The notes under the pieces were generated by a model. That model worked only from the letters and a program-made list of their open reading frames with translations, had not been told where the DNA came from and made no database searches. Shown in pieces: positions 41,956 through 53,010 of a DNA stretch of 64,000 nt. The translations under genes were made by a program, and so were the position numbers. The stretch is from an uncultured Gemmatimonadaceae bacterium (lineage in GTDB: Bacteria > Gemmatimonadota > Gemmatimonadetes > Gemmatimonadales > Gemmatimonadaceae): contig CAWHHI010000016.1 of NCBI GenBank assembly GCA_963829055.1, positions 800,001-864,000 on the forward strand. The letters run 5' to 3'. Every line of letters begins with the position of its first letter. The first letter of the stretch is position 1.

Positions 41956-42306
41956 TCACGTGAGCGCCCTCGCGGCGCGCATCATCTCGACCCGCAGAAG
42001 GCCGATGTTCGCGCGCGCTTCCGAGATCGTCACCAGCACGAGGTCGTCGCGGCCGGCAGCACAGATCCCGCCGCGTTCCGCGTCCAGGCGCAGGAACGTG
42101 ACGGTGCCACAACCGGCAGCACCACACGCGAGACGTGCCTTGCGATGCAGCGACGCAGCCAGCGCGGCGACGGCCTCGGCCTGGACGCCGATCTGCACGT
42201 TGGAGTCGATCGAGAGACCGTCGCGCTCCGAGACCACGAAGCTTCCCACCACGCCGCGGTGACGGGAGAGCATCGACAGGAGCTCCGCGTAAGGCGTCTT
42301 GTTCAT
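41956..42306 (-). CDS. Roadblock/LC7 domain protein
   Basis: GVVGSFVVSERDGLSI, AVAALAASL, ANIGLLRVEM. Confidence 0.85.
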   Translation of the reverse strand: MNKTPYAELLSMLSRHRGVVGSFVVSERDGLSIDSNVQIGVQAEAVAALAASLHRKARLACGAAGCGTVTFLRLDAERGGICAAGRDDLVLVTISEARANIGLLRVEMMRAARALT

Positions 42307-43290
42307 GACACCCTCGCGAGCCAGTCACGCGCGCGGCCGAGCGCGCGGTCCAGCAGCAATCGCACGAGACCGACTGGCGTCTGCCGCGATGCGGCGACGA
42401 CGAGCAGGCTGCCCAATGGCGCGGGCGTCATGGCGACGACGGCGGCATCGGCCTCGACGAGCAACGACGTCCACGCACCGAGGCCCAGATGGCGCATCGC
42501 GCGCTCCGCCTCGCTGCTCACCCCCGCCAGCTCGGCTGCAACGATGTCGGCCACGTCGTGGCCGTTCGCGTCCTGGTACGAGCCCGCGAGCACGAGACCG
42601 TCGGCATCCACCAGCAACGCGGTCTGGTCGGGTCCCTCGAGCGCGGGAACGAACAGCTGTCGCGCGCGAGTGGGGTCGGGTGCGGGGTATTCAGGGATCG
42701 CGAACGGCGCAGCGGTTGACTGGTGCGCGCACATCACTCGAAACGGACGGCTCCGCCGGCCGTCGTGAGACGATCGCGTCAGGCGGCGAAGGCATCGATA
42801 CCTCAGCAGGCATTGCCTCCGCAACCATCGTGTGCGCACCGTTGGCCCGTACGCCGTTCGACGCGGTGTTCGCCACATTCGCGGCCTGCGAGCCCCGCGC
42901 GAATCGCACGTGCGCCAGTGCCGCAGCGACCGCGGGGTTCTGCCCGTCGGCAGCGGAGGACGAGAGCCGCCGTTCGGCACTCTCGAAGTCGCCGCGTCGA
43001 AAATCAACGAACCCGAGCCCGAGGCTCGCCTGCGCGTGCGACGGATCCAGACGCAACGCCATCTCCCACTCGTCGGCCGCGCGCTCGACATCACCACGGT
43101 CCGCGTGAATACGCGCTAGCACATCGTGCGCGTCGGCCAGATACGGATGGCGATCCAGGCCACGCAACGCAACACGCAACGCGATATCGAGCTGTCCCGC
43201 GCGACGCAGCGCATCCGCGAGCGGCAGGAACACGAGGCTCGACGGATCGCGCGCCAGGTCATCGCTCAGACGACGAATCTCGTCAGCCAT
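42303..43290 (-). CDS. TPR plus roadblock/LC7 fusion protein (frameshift near 42730)
   Basis: N-terminal DPSSLVFLPLADALRR TPRs (ORF 42691-43329); C-terminal LLVDADGLVLAG...PVGLVRL (ORF 42303-43097). Confidence 0.75.
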
Positions 43291-44432
43291 CATCGACTCC
43301 CTTGAGCAGCGCGCGCAGTCGGACCACACAGTCGAGCATCTCGCGGACGCGGGGCACAGCCGGCCGATCGCCCGCCTCCATCAAGTACCGCTGCCACGAC
43401 AGGATCGCCTGGTCCATCCCCGCGCTGCGCGCCGCGGTCGCGCCAAGCGCGAGCAGCACCTCGGGGTTGCGCGGCTCGATCTGCGCCGCGCGGCGGAGCG
43501 CGTCCAACGCCTCGGACTCGCGCTCGAGCCGCATGAGCGACCGCGCGACAAGCACCTGCGGCTCGGCGCGCGTGGGCGCGGCGCGACTCGCTGACATGGC
43601 GGCCGCGAGTGCCTCGTCGAGGCGTCCGTCGCGAAGTGCCTGACGCGCGAGCTCGATGTGCGGCGCCGGATCATCGCCGGGAAGTGGCTCGACGATCGCG
43701 AGCTTCTCCGCCGACCCGGACCTGAATGATGCCGGTGGAAAGCAGACCGTACGCGATCTTCGCGACGTCGAACTCGCTGCGTCCGAGGCGCATCGCGATG
43801 CCGCGCAGATCGGTCTGGCCGTCGATCATCGCCAGCATCTCCCACTCGTTCGGCAGCAGATCCAGCAGCGACGGATGATCCTCGTCGATCGGCGCGAGTA
43901 CGGGCACGACCGCGAGATTCGGGATCTTGTGCGAGATACGAGCCCACTCATCGATGCGTCGAGCGCCTTCCATGAGGAGCGACTCCGTGGAGATGCGCGC
44001 CACTGCCTCCGTCGTGGCGTCAGAGGACGGCCCCTCGACGAACGAGAAGAATCCTTCCTGCCACGACATGAGCTCGAAGACGACCGTCTCGATCTGGCGT
44101 CGCACCTGCCGCTCCAGCTCGCGCCACGTTAGGCAGCCGGCCTCGACGAGCAGCTCGCCGAGCCGCTTGCCGTCGGCGCGCTGCGCCTGCGCCGTGCGCG
44201 CCCGCTCGAGGTCACCCTCCGAGATCTTCCCGGCCTTCACGAGCAACGCGCCGAGTGGATGCGGGTTGGTGCGGATGGAGGCGGACACGACACGGCCCGA
44301 TTCGAAGCTCACGATGCCTTCGTTGTCGCGCAACGCGGACGTCACGCGCAACGACCCCGTCTTCCGGCTCAGGTCGAGCAGCTGGAAGACGTCATGGATG
44401 CCGAGCTCGCGGAGCGGTCCCTCGATCGCCAT
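43283..44432 (-). CDS. DUF4388 domain plus TPR protein (frameshift near 43717)
   Basis: MAIEGPLRELGIHDVFQLLDLSRKTG, LLMEGARRIDEW; the shifted frame joins the TPR ORF 43283-43597. Confidence 0.82.
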
Positions 44433-47278
44433 TACGCGGCTGGCTCCCGTGCGGCGAAGATCCGTTGCAGGTCGGTGGCCGTCCGCGTGTCTCGACGCGC
44501 ACGCCGCGCGTACTCGCTCGCGGGCTCGAGGTCGACGACTCTGCGCCAGCGATCGATCGCGTCACGGTATCGGTGTTGATCAGCCGCCAACACGCCCTCG
44601 AAGTACAGGGCGCCCACGTGTTCCGGATCGAAGCGCAGCACGCGCGCGAACGCGACGGCGGCGTCACTGCGTCGCGTGCTCTCGAACAGCGTCTCGCCAA
44701 GCGATGTCAGCGCGTCGAGATTGTACGGGTCGCGCTGCAGGAGATCAACGAGCAGCGACATTGACTCCGCGTGGCGCTGCAGTCGGCGGCGCAGCGACGC
44801 GAGCGCGAGCGCTGCCTCGGTGTACGTGGGCACCGAGTCGAGGGCCGACGCGAGCTCCTGCTCGGCGTCGGCGTTCAACCCCTTCATCTCCAGAATCGTC
44901 GCCAGCTGGTACCGCACGACCGCAAAGTCAGGATCGAGCGTGAGCGCATGACGATACGCCTCGATCGCACTCTCGAAGTCGCCGATGGATCGCGCGACGT
45001 CGCCGATCTGCTTCAGTACGTCGGCTCGCGCAGGCGCACCACGACGCGCTCGCTCGAGCGCCTCGAGTGCCGCCGCGGGATCACCACCGTCCGCACGAGC
45101 GGTTGCCGCGAGTATCAGCATCTCCGACATCGGTAGGCGACGGCGCTCAACAGGTCCTCGGCCAGTGGACGCGCTTCGGCGCCGCGCCCAAGCATGATCA
45201 GCACGCGCACCTCTCCCGCGGTGGCGCGCCGAGCGGCGGGAGACGCGACACCGGACGCATCGGTCGCCGCGGAGCGGGCGCCGCGATACCGCTCCAGCGC
45301 TTCGCCGTACGCACCCTGCTTGGCGAACACGTCGCCTAACAACGTCAGCCCCTCCACCGCTTCGCCGCCACGCCCCAGCACTCGGCTCGCTTCCGCGGAC
45401 GCGCGATCGAGCAAGCCTTTCGACAAGTAGTCGGCAGCAGCCGAATACGGGGTGCCCGCCGGAGTGGGCGGCACGGGAGTGGGGGCGACAGGCGCGAGCT
45501 CGGTGAACAACGAGTCGAGCACGCCGATGTCAAACGCGAACTCCTCGACTGATCCGTCGGTGCGCTTCTCGCCGCCGAGATCAGGCACGATCGCGAACTG
45601 TGGATCCTCGAACTCCAGGTCGATCGCGAGCTCGAACTTCTGCTGCACGTAGTACGGATCGATTTCGAGCGCGCGCTTCGTCGCCTTGAGCGCACCCTCG
45701 TAATCGCCGAGGTTCGAAAGCACGAAACTGAGATTGTAGTGCGCCTCGGCGTAGTTCGGCCTGGCCTGAATGGCGCGGCCGTACGCGTTGCGGGCGTCCT
45801 CGAGCTTCTTGAGCTCGACGAGCACGAGCCCCACACCGTTCCAGGCCATGGGCTGTTCGGGCTCGAGCTGAAGCACCTGACGATACGCCTCGAGGCATAA
45901 CGGCAGACGCTTGTTCTTGAACAGCAGGAGCGCGAGGTTGAGCCGCGCCTTGATGAACGACGGCTGCGCCTTGAGCGCGAACCGGAACGCCTCGACCGAT
46001 GCCTCGGCGTTGCCGATGTGATACAGCGCGACGCCGAGGTTGTTGAGACCTAACGCGTACTTCGGATCGCACGCCACGCCGCGCCGGTAACTCTCGGCGG
46101 CTTCGGCGTAGCGGCCGTCCTGATGGAGCGCGATGCCGCGTTCATTCCAGAGCTTCGGGCTGTCCGGACGCGTCGCGAGCAGCTTGTCGTACAGCTGCGC
46201 GGCCATCGCCGGCTCCTTCTTGAGCAGGTGCACCTCGGCCATCGCCTGCAGCACCAGCTCCGCGTCCTCGCCTCGGTCGGCCGCGAGGCGGTATTCGCGA
46301 AGCGCTTCGGCGTAGTAGCCCTTCTGACGGAACGCGAGACCGAGGTTGAAGTGCGCGAGCTGTCCTTCCGGCGCGACGGCCATCTCGCGATCCAGCGCGC
46401 GCGCCGCGCGTTGGGCGACGACGGCTTCGTACGTCTGCGGCGTACTGCGGTCGAGCGACAGATTCGCGTGCGCACGGGATAGCGCGGGATTCAGCTGAAT
46501 CGCGCGCTTGGTCGCTTTCTGCGCTTCGTCGTGACGCCCCATGTCACCGAGCACGAAACCGAGCAGGTAATGCGCGTCGGGATTGTCGGGGGCGAGATCG
46601 ATGGACCGCTTGAGTGCGTGCAGCGCCTCGTCGTTCAGCCCTCGGTTGTACAGCACCTCGCCGACGTAGAACTGGATGACCGCGCTCTGCGGATCGATCG
46701 CGAGCGCGCGGGCGAACCAACGCTGCGCCGTCTCGAGGTCGCCGCTTCCCTTCTCAGCGAGTCCGAGCTGGACGATGGCGCCGATGTCGTCGGGATAGAA
46801 GCGCAGGAGGTCGGTGAACTCCGCGACGGCGTTGTCCACCTGGCCGAGGAGCGCGTACGTGCGGCCGAGCTCCCAACGGGCCTCGCGGTCGTCGCCGTGC
46901 AGCCGCAACCGATCGCGCAGCTCCGACACGCGGCGGTCGTAGTAGCCGGTGTTGAAATAGGCGATCTCGAGATTGCGCTGCGCGACTTGCATTTTCGCGT
47001 CGAGCTCGAGCGCACGCGAGAATGCGGCGACGGCCTCGCCTAACAAGCCCTTGTTGTAGTAGAGAACGCCCAGGTTGTTGTGCGCGCCGGCGTCCGAGGG
47101 ATCAATTCGGCGGGCGAACGAGCGGAGGACGTCGCGGTCGCGCTCGGACGTCAGCTGAGCGTTGGGGACTGGCACTGGGGACTGGGGACTGGGGACTGGG
47201 GACTGGGGACTGCTGCTCGACGAACGAGCAGACGTCGGTTGCGAACAGGTCGTCAGCAAGGGAGTCGGGAATCGTCAT
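44432..47278 (-). CDS. Large TPR protein, about 940 aa (frameshift near 45135; start ambiguous within the heptamer element)
   Basis: Many canonical TPRs (AHNNLGVLYYNKG, AHYNLSFV) across ORFs 45115-47259 and 44432-45130. Confidence 0.82.
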
Positions 47279-47351
47279 GCCGCGGCCTCGGGCACGCAGC
47301 CACCTAACGCGCGTCCCCCAGTCCCCAGTGCCGAGTCCCCAGTCCCCAGTC
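47163..47351. repeat. (GGGGACT)n-spacer-(AGTCCCC)n inverted heptamer element
   Basis: About 7 units at 47163-47211 and about 5 units at 47315-47351. Confidence 0.93.
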
Positions 47352-47354
47352 GGT

Positions 47355-47975
47355 TCATCCCAGACGAACCGCCCTGAGAATCGCCTGAAGCGATGCCACG
47401 TCAGGCAGCAGCAGGAAGAATCCGCGCAGACGCTCGTGCAGGTCGTGCATGTAAAACTCGCTCTCGACGCAGAACACGTAGTCGCGGTCGGTGCCGAACT
47501 GCAGATACGCGGTCGTGAGCACCGCGCTCGACATGTCCACGGCGAGACTCGGCGGCGAGGGCAACAGCATCAGCCCCATGAAGTCGCTCAGCGCATTCAT
47601 GTACGCGCCACTCAGGATGTTGCCCGCTTCCTTGATCGCGGACTGCTCGAGCTCTCCGAGCTCCTTGGACGTCCCAGCTGGCCGACGCAGCATCAGCTCC
47701 GAGAGCCTAACGGCGGTCGACTTCGGAAACACGAGCAGCGTGCGCCCGGTGAGGTCGCCCATCATGTGCATGAGCACCGCGGCGACCGGCTCTTCCGGTC
47801 CGGAGATTTGCGGCGGGACATCCTCGAGCTTGGCGATCGTGATCGTCGGCACGCTGATCATGATCGTGCTGCCGGTCATCTGTGACAGCGCAGTCGCTGC
47901 GTGACCGGCGCCGATGTTCGCCACCTCGCGCAGCGCGTCCACTTGGACCGGCTTCAGATCCCTCAGGTCGTTCAT
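47355..47975 (-). CDS. cheC: CheY-P phosphatase CheC
   Basis: Two ExxN sites: DALREVANIGAGHAATALS and SAIKEAGNIL. Confidence 0.94.
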   Translation of the reverse strand: MNDLRDLKPVQVDALREVANIGAGHAATALSQMTGSTIMISVPTITIAKLEDVPPQISGPEEPVAAVLMHMMGDLTGRTLLVFPKSTAVRLSELMLRRPAGTSKELGELEQSAIKEAGNILSGAYMNALSDFMGLMLLPSPPSLAVDMSSAVLTTAYLQFGTDRDYVFCVESEFYMHDLHERLRGFFLLLPDVASLQAILRAVRLG

Positions 47976-47985
47976 TCGCGCTCCG

Positions 47986-49940
47986 CTAAAAGAGACTGCT
48001 CACATCGAGGATGAGCGCCGGAACCCCGTCGCCGAGGATCGTCGCCCCGCTGAACACGGAGAGACCGTCCCGCACCGCATCGAACGGCTTGATGACGATC
48101 TCCTGTTGTCCCGTCAATTCGTCCACCACCATTCCGGCGCGCCGGTCGGCCACCTCCAATACGACGACTTGGCCACCCCCCGCGTCGCGCCTTGGTAATC
48201 GGACCACGTCGCGGAGATGCATCAGGGGCAGCACATCGCCGCGGAGCACGAGAACTTCGGCCCCCTTCACGTGGCGAATCGTGTTCGCCTCCAGGTGCAC
48301 GGTCTCGTTGACGTGCGTCATCGGAATCGCGTACGTCTCATCACCAACCTTCGCCAGCAACGACCGCACGATCGCGAGCGTCACGGGCAAACGCACCGTC
48401 ACGGACGTCCCCTCGCCTTTGGTCGAGCGGATGTCCACGGTGCCGCCAAGCGCTCGCACTCGGGCATGCACCGCGTCGATGCCGACGCCGCGACCGGAGA
48501 GGTCGGTCACCTGTCTTGCCGTCGAGAACCCGGGGCGTGCAATGAGACGAACCAGCTCGTCATCCGTGAGCTCGGAGCGGCTCGCGTCCATCAGCCCTAA
48601 CTCCTTCGCACGAGCGAGCACGCGGTCGCGGTCGATGCCCTTGCCGTCATCCGTGACGCGGATCACCACCGCGGACCTGTCGCGCGCCGCGGTCAGCGCG
48701 AGCCGCCCGGTTGGAGACTTGCCCGCCGTCGACACGAACGTCCGGCGCTTCGAGGCCGTGATCGATTGCATTCCGCAGCAGATGCACCACAGGATCGCCG
48801 ATCTCATCGAGCAGCGAGCGATCGAGCTCGATCTCCTGGCCTGAGACCACGAAGTCCACCTGCTTGCCCAGCGCGCGTGCGGCATCGCGGACGACTCGCG
48901 GGAATCGATCGAACACCTGCCACACCGGCACCATGCGACTCGTCATGATGCCGTCCTGCAAGTCAGCCACGAGGCGCGATGCCTGCGTGACGGTCTCCGT
49001 CAACGCCGGCTCGTTGATCGTGGCGGCGAGCTGCTGCAGTCGGCCCCGTGTGATCACGAGCTCGCCGATGAGGTTCATCAGCGTGTCGAGGCGGTGGAGA
49101 TCGATGCGGATGTGTCGGTGTTGCCGCGCCGGCGCAAGCTCGCTCGCGCTGCCCGCCGAGATCGGGAGCAGGTCGGGCAGGTCACCGTTAGGCACGGTAG
49201 CCACGTGTCCGTTCGTGCTCGGTGCCGCCCGCGTTATCACGATATCGGCGACGTAGCCGGCTGCCCGAAGCGCGCGGTCGATCTCGTCATCCGGTGCCGA
49301 CGTATCGAGCCCAATCGTTAGGCGTCCAGCGAACGCCTCGTCGCTGAACGTGCTCGGATCAGGCGTGGTGCTCACGACGGTAGCGAGTGCCCGCGCGCGC
49401 TCGAGCACGAGATACGCACGAACGCCTGGCATCGGCGTGTTCGCCTCCTGCGTGACCACGACCGTGACCGGGGCGACGGCGCTCGCGGCGGCGCGCCTGG
49501 ACGAGCGCTTCTTCCGCGGCTTTGCCGTCGCTGTCGGTGCCGGCGAGTGGACGGCTGGGTTCCGTCGCGGCCGCGGCTCTCAGCGCCGCGATGGTCGTAC
49601 TCGCATCGACGTCCGATTCGCGTCCCGCGACCGACAGCTCGATCGCGCGCTCCAGCATGTCGGTGGCGGCGAACAGCGTGTCCATGAGCGGCGCCGAAAC
49701 AGCGCGCTCGCCGCGTCGGACGAGATCGAGCAACGTCTCGAGCTCGTGGGACACCTCGGCGACGACGGCGTAGCCCATCGTCGCGCTCATCCCCTTCACC
49801 GTGTGCACGGCGCGGAACAGTGCGCCGACCGGCTCTCGCGCCGTCGGCGTTCGTTCCAGCTCGAGCAGCGCGTGATTGATCGCCGAGAGATTGTCCTGAC
49901 TCTCGGTCAGGAACAGCTCGGCGTACCGGGAGGTGTCCAC
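47986..49940 (-). CDS. cheA: Chemotaxis histidine kinase CheA (frameshifts near 49480 and 48735)
   Basis: Hpt LFRAVHTVKG; LDTLMNLIGEL; HLLRNAIDHG; DDGKGID; SGRGVG; C-terminal CheW domain. Confidence 0.93.
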
Positions 49941-49980
49941 GGAAAACGCTCAGCGATGAGCGTTCAGAGCGCGATGCGGC

Positions 49981-50343
49981 CTATCCGAGCACGCGCTGCA
50001 CCGCTTCCAGCACGCGACTCGGCTGGAACGGCTTGACCACGAAGTCCTTCGCGCCAGCCTGAATGGCCTCGACCACGAGCGCCTGCTGGCCCATCGCGCT
50101 GCACATGAGCACCTTCGCCTGCGGATCGAACTTCGTGATCTCGCGAACGGCGTCGATGCCGCCCATGTCGGGCATCACGATGTCCATCGTGACCAGGTCG
50201 GGTCGAAGCTGCCGGTATTTCTCGACCGCCTGCACGCCGGTCTCCGCCTCGCCGATGATCTCGAATCCCGCCTGCTGCAGGATGTCGCCGACCATGGTAC
50301 GCATGAAGATCGCGTCGTCACAGATCAAAACGGTATGGCTCAC
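49981..50343 (-). CDS. cheY: Single-domain response regulator CheY (Bacillus/Thermotoga-like)
   Basis: ICDDAIFMR, TMDIVMP, CSAMGQQ, DFVVKPF. Confidence 0.93.
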   Translation of the reverse strand: MSHTVLICDDAIFMRTMVGDILQQAGFEIIGEAETGVQAVEKYRQLRPDLVTMDIVMPDMGGIDAVREITKFDPQAKVLMCSAMGQQALVVEAIQAGAKDFVVKPFQPSRVLEAVQRVLG

Positions 50344-50425
50344 GTTCCACTCCACACCAAAGGACGGGACGATTCGTACCACGTTATGCAGCGACAGATC
50401 TCGACGATGTCTCGCCGGTACTCAG

Positions 50426-50506
50426 GTCGTCAGTCGTGAGTCCTAAGTGATCAGTCGTGAGTCCCAGGGACTGACAACTGATGACAGACGACTGATGACT
50501 GACAAC
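50426..50506. repeat. Degenerate inverted heptamer hairpin (GTCGTSA-type/TGAYRAC-type arms)
   Basis: gtcgtca gtcgtga gtcctaa gtgatca gtcgtga gtccc A gggac tgacaac tgatgac agacgac tgatgac tgacaac. Confidence 0.8.
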
Positions 50507-50560
50507 TTGTCACTCGCCATGCTGACTCGCGTTCTGTCTCTGATGCAACCACTGGTGCAG

Positions 50561-51019
50561 TCACGCCATTACTTGCCGTACGACCGCGGGGATCTCGAGT
50601 ACTATGACGACTCCGTCGTCCAGATGTCCCAAACCGCGCACGATTCCGCCGCGTGCCAGATCACCCGTCGCGGCCTCGAAGCGCTCCGGCGGCATCATCT
50701 GCACGTCGCGCACGTCATCGACCGCCAACCCGACCTGTTTGGTGCCGAATTGGGCGAGCACGATGGACCCGTCGTCTGCGCACGTCGACCCCGCGAGCCG
50801 AGTCGCCAGATCGATTACCGTGACGATGGCGCCGCGGAGGTTGACCAGTCCGCGGACGTACGCCGGGGCGCCCGGGAGCCGGGTCGCATGACGGATCGGA
50901 ACGATCTCTCGTACCGCCGCAATGTCACAGCCGTACACCGTGCCCGCCACCGCGAACAACAGCAGTCGGAGTGCGCCTGTGTGATTCGCGTCAGTCGGTG
51001 CTGTCGCTGTAGAAGCCAA
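50561..51019 (-). CDS. cheW: CheW adaptor
   Basis: VREIVP, TRLPGAPAYVRGLVNLRGAIVTVIDL, GLAVDDV; start uncertain. Confidence 0.92.
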   Translation of the reverse strand: MASTATAPTDANHTGALRLLLFAVAGTVYGCDIAAVREIVPIRHATRLPGAPAYVRGLVNLRGAIVTVIDLATRLAGSTCADDGSIVLAQFGTKQVGLAVDDVRDVQMMPPERFEAATGDLARGGIVRGLGHLDDGVVIVLEIPAVVRQVMA

Positions 51020-52022
51020 AGTGGTCGAGCGGGTCCGGGTGACTCTCGAGCGCGGGATCTCCGGCCGCCGCCGCGAGTGACCGTCTGAGGTCCTCGGGAA
51101 GCGGTGCACGAAGGTCCATCGATTGCCCGGACACCGGATGCCGAAAGCGCAGCCAGGCGGCGTGGAGAAAATGCCGTCGTGCCGACAGCGCCATCAGTCG
51201 CCGACCGCCGCCGCCACCGTACGTATCGTCGCCGACGACCGGATGGCCGACCGACGACAGGTGTACGCGAATCTGATGCGTGCGACCGGTGTGCAGGTTC
51301 GCGCGCAGGAGATCCGTCGCATCGAAGCGGGCGAGGCGGAGAAAGTCCGTCTTCGCCGACCTTCCGGTAGTGACGATCGCCATCCGCGTTCGGTCTCGCG
51401 GATCACGCCCGATCGGGGCGTCGACGGTCAGCGTGTCCCCGTCGATGTGGCCCCACGTGAGCGCGGCGTAGCGTCTGATCACTCGCCGGTCGGCAATCGC
51501 CTTGCTCAGCACGCGGTGAGCGCGCTCACTCTTCGCGACGAGCAGCAGGCCTGACGTGTCCTTGTCCAGCCGGTGCACGATCCCAGCGCGATCGGCGTCA
51601 CCCGACTCGGCCAGTTCGTTCCCGCGCCCCATGAGCGCGTTGACGAGCGTCCCGGTCCAGTTGCCGGGAGCGGGGTGCACGACCATTCCAGCAGCCTTGT
51701 TCACGACCACGAGATCGTCGTCTTCGAACACGACGTCGAGCGGGATCTGTTCCCCGACGATGTCTCGAGATGGAGGCGCAGGCACGTCGACAACGACGAC
51801 ATCGCCAGCGACTGCGCGGTAGCTCGCGCGAGCGAACTGACCGTTGATGGTCACGGCGCGATTCGCGATGAGCGTCGCCGACTGCGTTCGTGAGATGCCA
51901 AGCCGGCCGGCGATGAACAAGTCGAGGCGAACATTGCTGTCCGCCTCGACTGTCAACTCGTGGTGTGCGCCGCGACCGGCCGAGCTGGCGCCGATCGGCG
52001 TGCCCGGACCGGAGTCGGTCAT
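50991..52022 (-). CDS. rluD: RluA/RluD family pseudouridine synthase with S4 domain
   Basis: NKAAGMVVHP, GIVHRLDKDTSG, TGRTHQIRVH. Confidence 0.9.
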   Translation of the reverse strand: MTDSGPGTPIGASSAGRGAHHELTVEADSNVRLDLFIAGRLGISRTQSATLIANRAVTINGQFARASYRAVAGDVVVVDVPAPPSRDIVGEQIPLDVVFEDDDLVVVNKAAGMVVHPAPGNWTGTLVNALMGRGNELAESGDADRAGIVHRLDKDTSGLLLVAKSERAHRVLSKAIADRRVIRRYAALTWGHIDGDTLTVDAPIGRDPRDRTRMAIVTTGRSAKTDFLRLARFDATDLLRANLHTGRTHQIRVHLSSVGHPVVGDDTYGGGGGRRLMALSARRHFLHAAWLRFRHPVSGQSMDLRAPLPEDLRRSLAAAAGDPALESHPDPLDHFGFYSDSTD

Positions 52023-52029
52023 CGGATTC

Positions 52030-52602
52030 TCACGGTGAGTCCTGAGGACGCGCGGCGGCGCTTGCCGCGTTCGATCCCCTGCTGCTCACGCCCGTCGCTT
52101 CAGCAGCGCGAGCGCGTTCGGCACGATCATCACCCCACAACACCCACGCGAGGAGAAACGCGCCTGTGCTCACCGCCATGTCGGCGACGTTGAACGTGGG
52201 CCATCGCATGTCGCGGAAGCCGACATCGATGAAATCGACGACGCCTTCACTCCAGCGGATGCGGTCGATGAGGTTCCCGAGCGCACCCGCGCAGACGAGC
52301 GCGATGGCGAGCGTGCGAGGCACGTCTCCCTCGCGCGTCGATTGATAGAGCCGCCACAGGATGACGAGCGCGCCCACGGTCAGGACCATGAAGATGTACC
52401 GGGAGTAATCCCCGAGGTACAGACCGAAGGCCGCGCCCTTGTTGCGCACCAGTGTGAGCCGGAGCGCATCACCCGCGACTTGCTGCGGCGTGAACAGAGT
52501 CAGCGTGTTCAACGCGATCATCTTCGTCACGACATCCGCGACGACGATGCACGCGACCACCGGCCAGAACACGACCGCGTTGGGGCTACTGCTTCTTGGC
52601 AT
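52030..52602 (-). CDS. lspA: Lipoprotein signal peptidase
   Basis: NKGAAFG, GALGNLIDR, VVDFID, FNVAD. Confidence 0.95.
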   Translation of the reverse strand: MPRSSSPNAVVFWPVVACIVVADVVTKMIALNTLTLFTPQQVAGDALRLTLVRNKGAAFGLYLGDYSRYIFMVLTVGALVILWRLYQSTREGDVPRTLAIALVCAGALGNLIDRIRWSEGVVDFIDVGFRDMRWPTFNVADMAVSTGAFLLAWVLWGDDRAERARAAEATGVSSRGSNAASAAARPQDSP

Positions 52603-52969
52603 CTTCCTCGCGCTGCTTGCATTCGATGCAATACCGCGCGTGCGGAAGCGCATCGAGACGCTCGTAGGCGATCTCCTGTCCACAGTTGTGACACTTGCCG
52701 AACGTATCCGGGGCTCGATAGAGCCGGCGGAGTGCTTCGTCGATGTGCCAGAGGAATCGACCCTCCTGGCTCGCGAACAGGAACGCCTTCTCGCGCTCCA
52801 TCGCGTCGGTGCCCTGATCGGCCATGTGAAACGAGTAGGAGCTCAGATCGCCGTCAGCCGATTGTGGCGTCGACCCAAACGTCTCGTCATAGTGGCCGAG
52901 CTCCTTCAGCACCCGACGGCGCTCTTCGAGCAGCCTCTTCTCGAAGTGCTGAAGGTTCTTCTTGTTCAT
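52586..52969 (-). CDS. TraR/DksA C4 zinc-finger protein
   Basis: HMADQGTD, CHNC...ERLDALPHARYCIEC. Confidence 0.9.
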   Translation of the reverse strand: MNKKNLQHFEKRLLEERRRVLKELGHYDETFGSTPQSADGDLSSYSFHMADQGTDAMEREKAFLFASQEGRFLWHIDEALRRLYRAPDTFGKCHNCGQEIAYERLDALPHARYCIECKQREEDAKKQ

Positions 52970-53010
52970 CGACTTTGCCTTCTTCGTGCCGCCGCTTGCG
53001 GTTGGCATCG

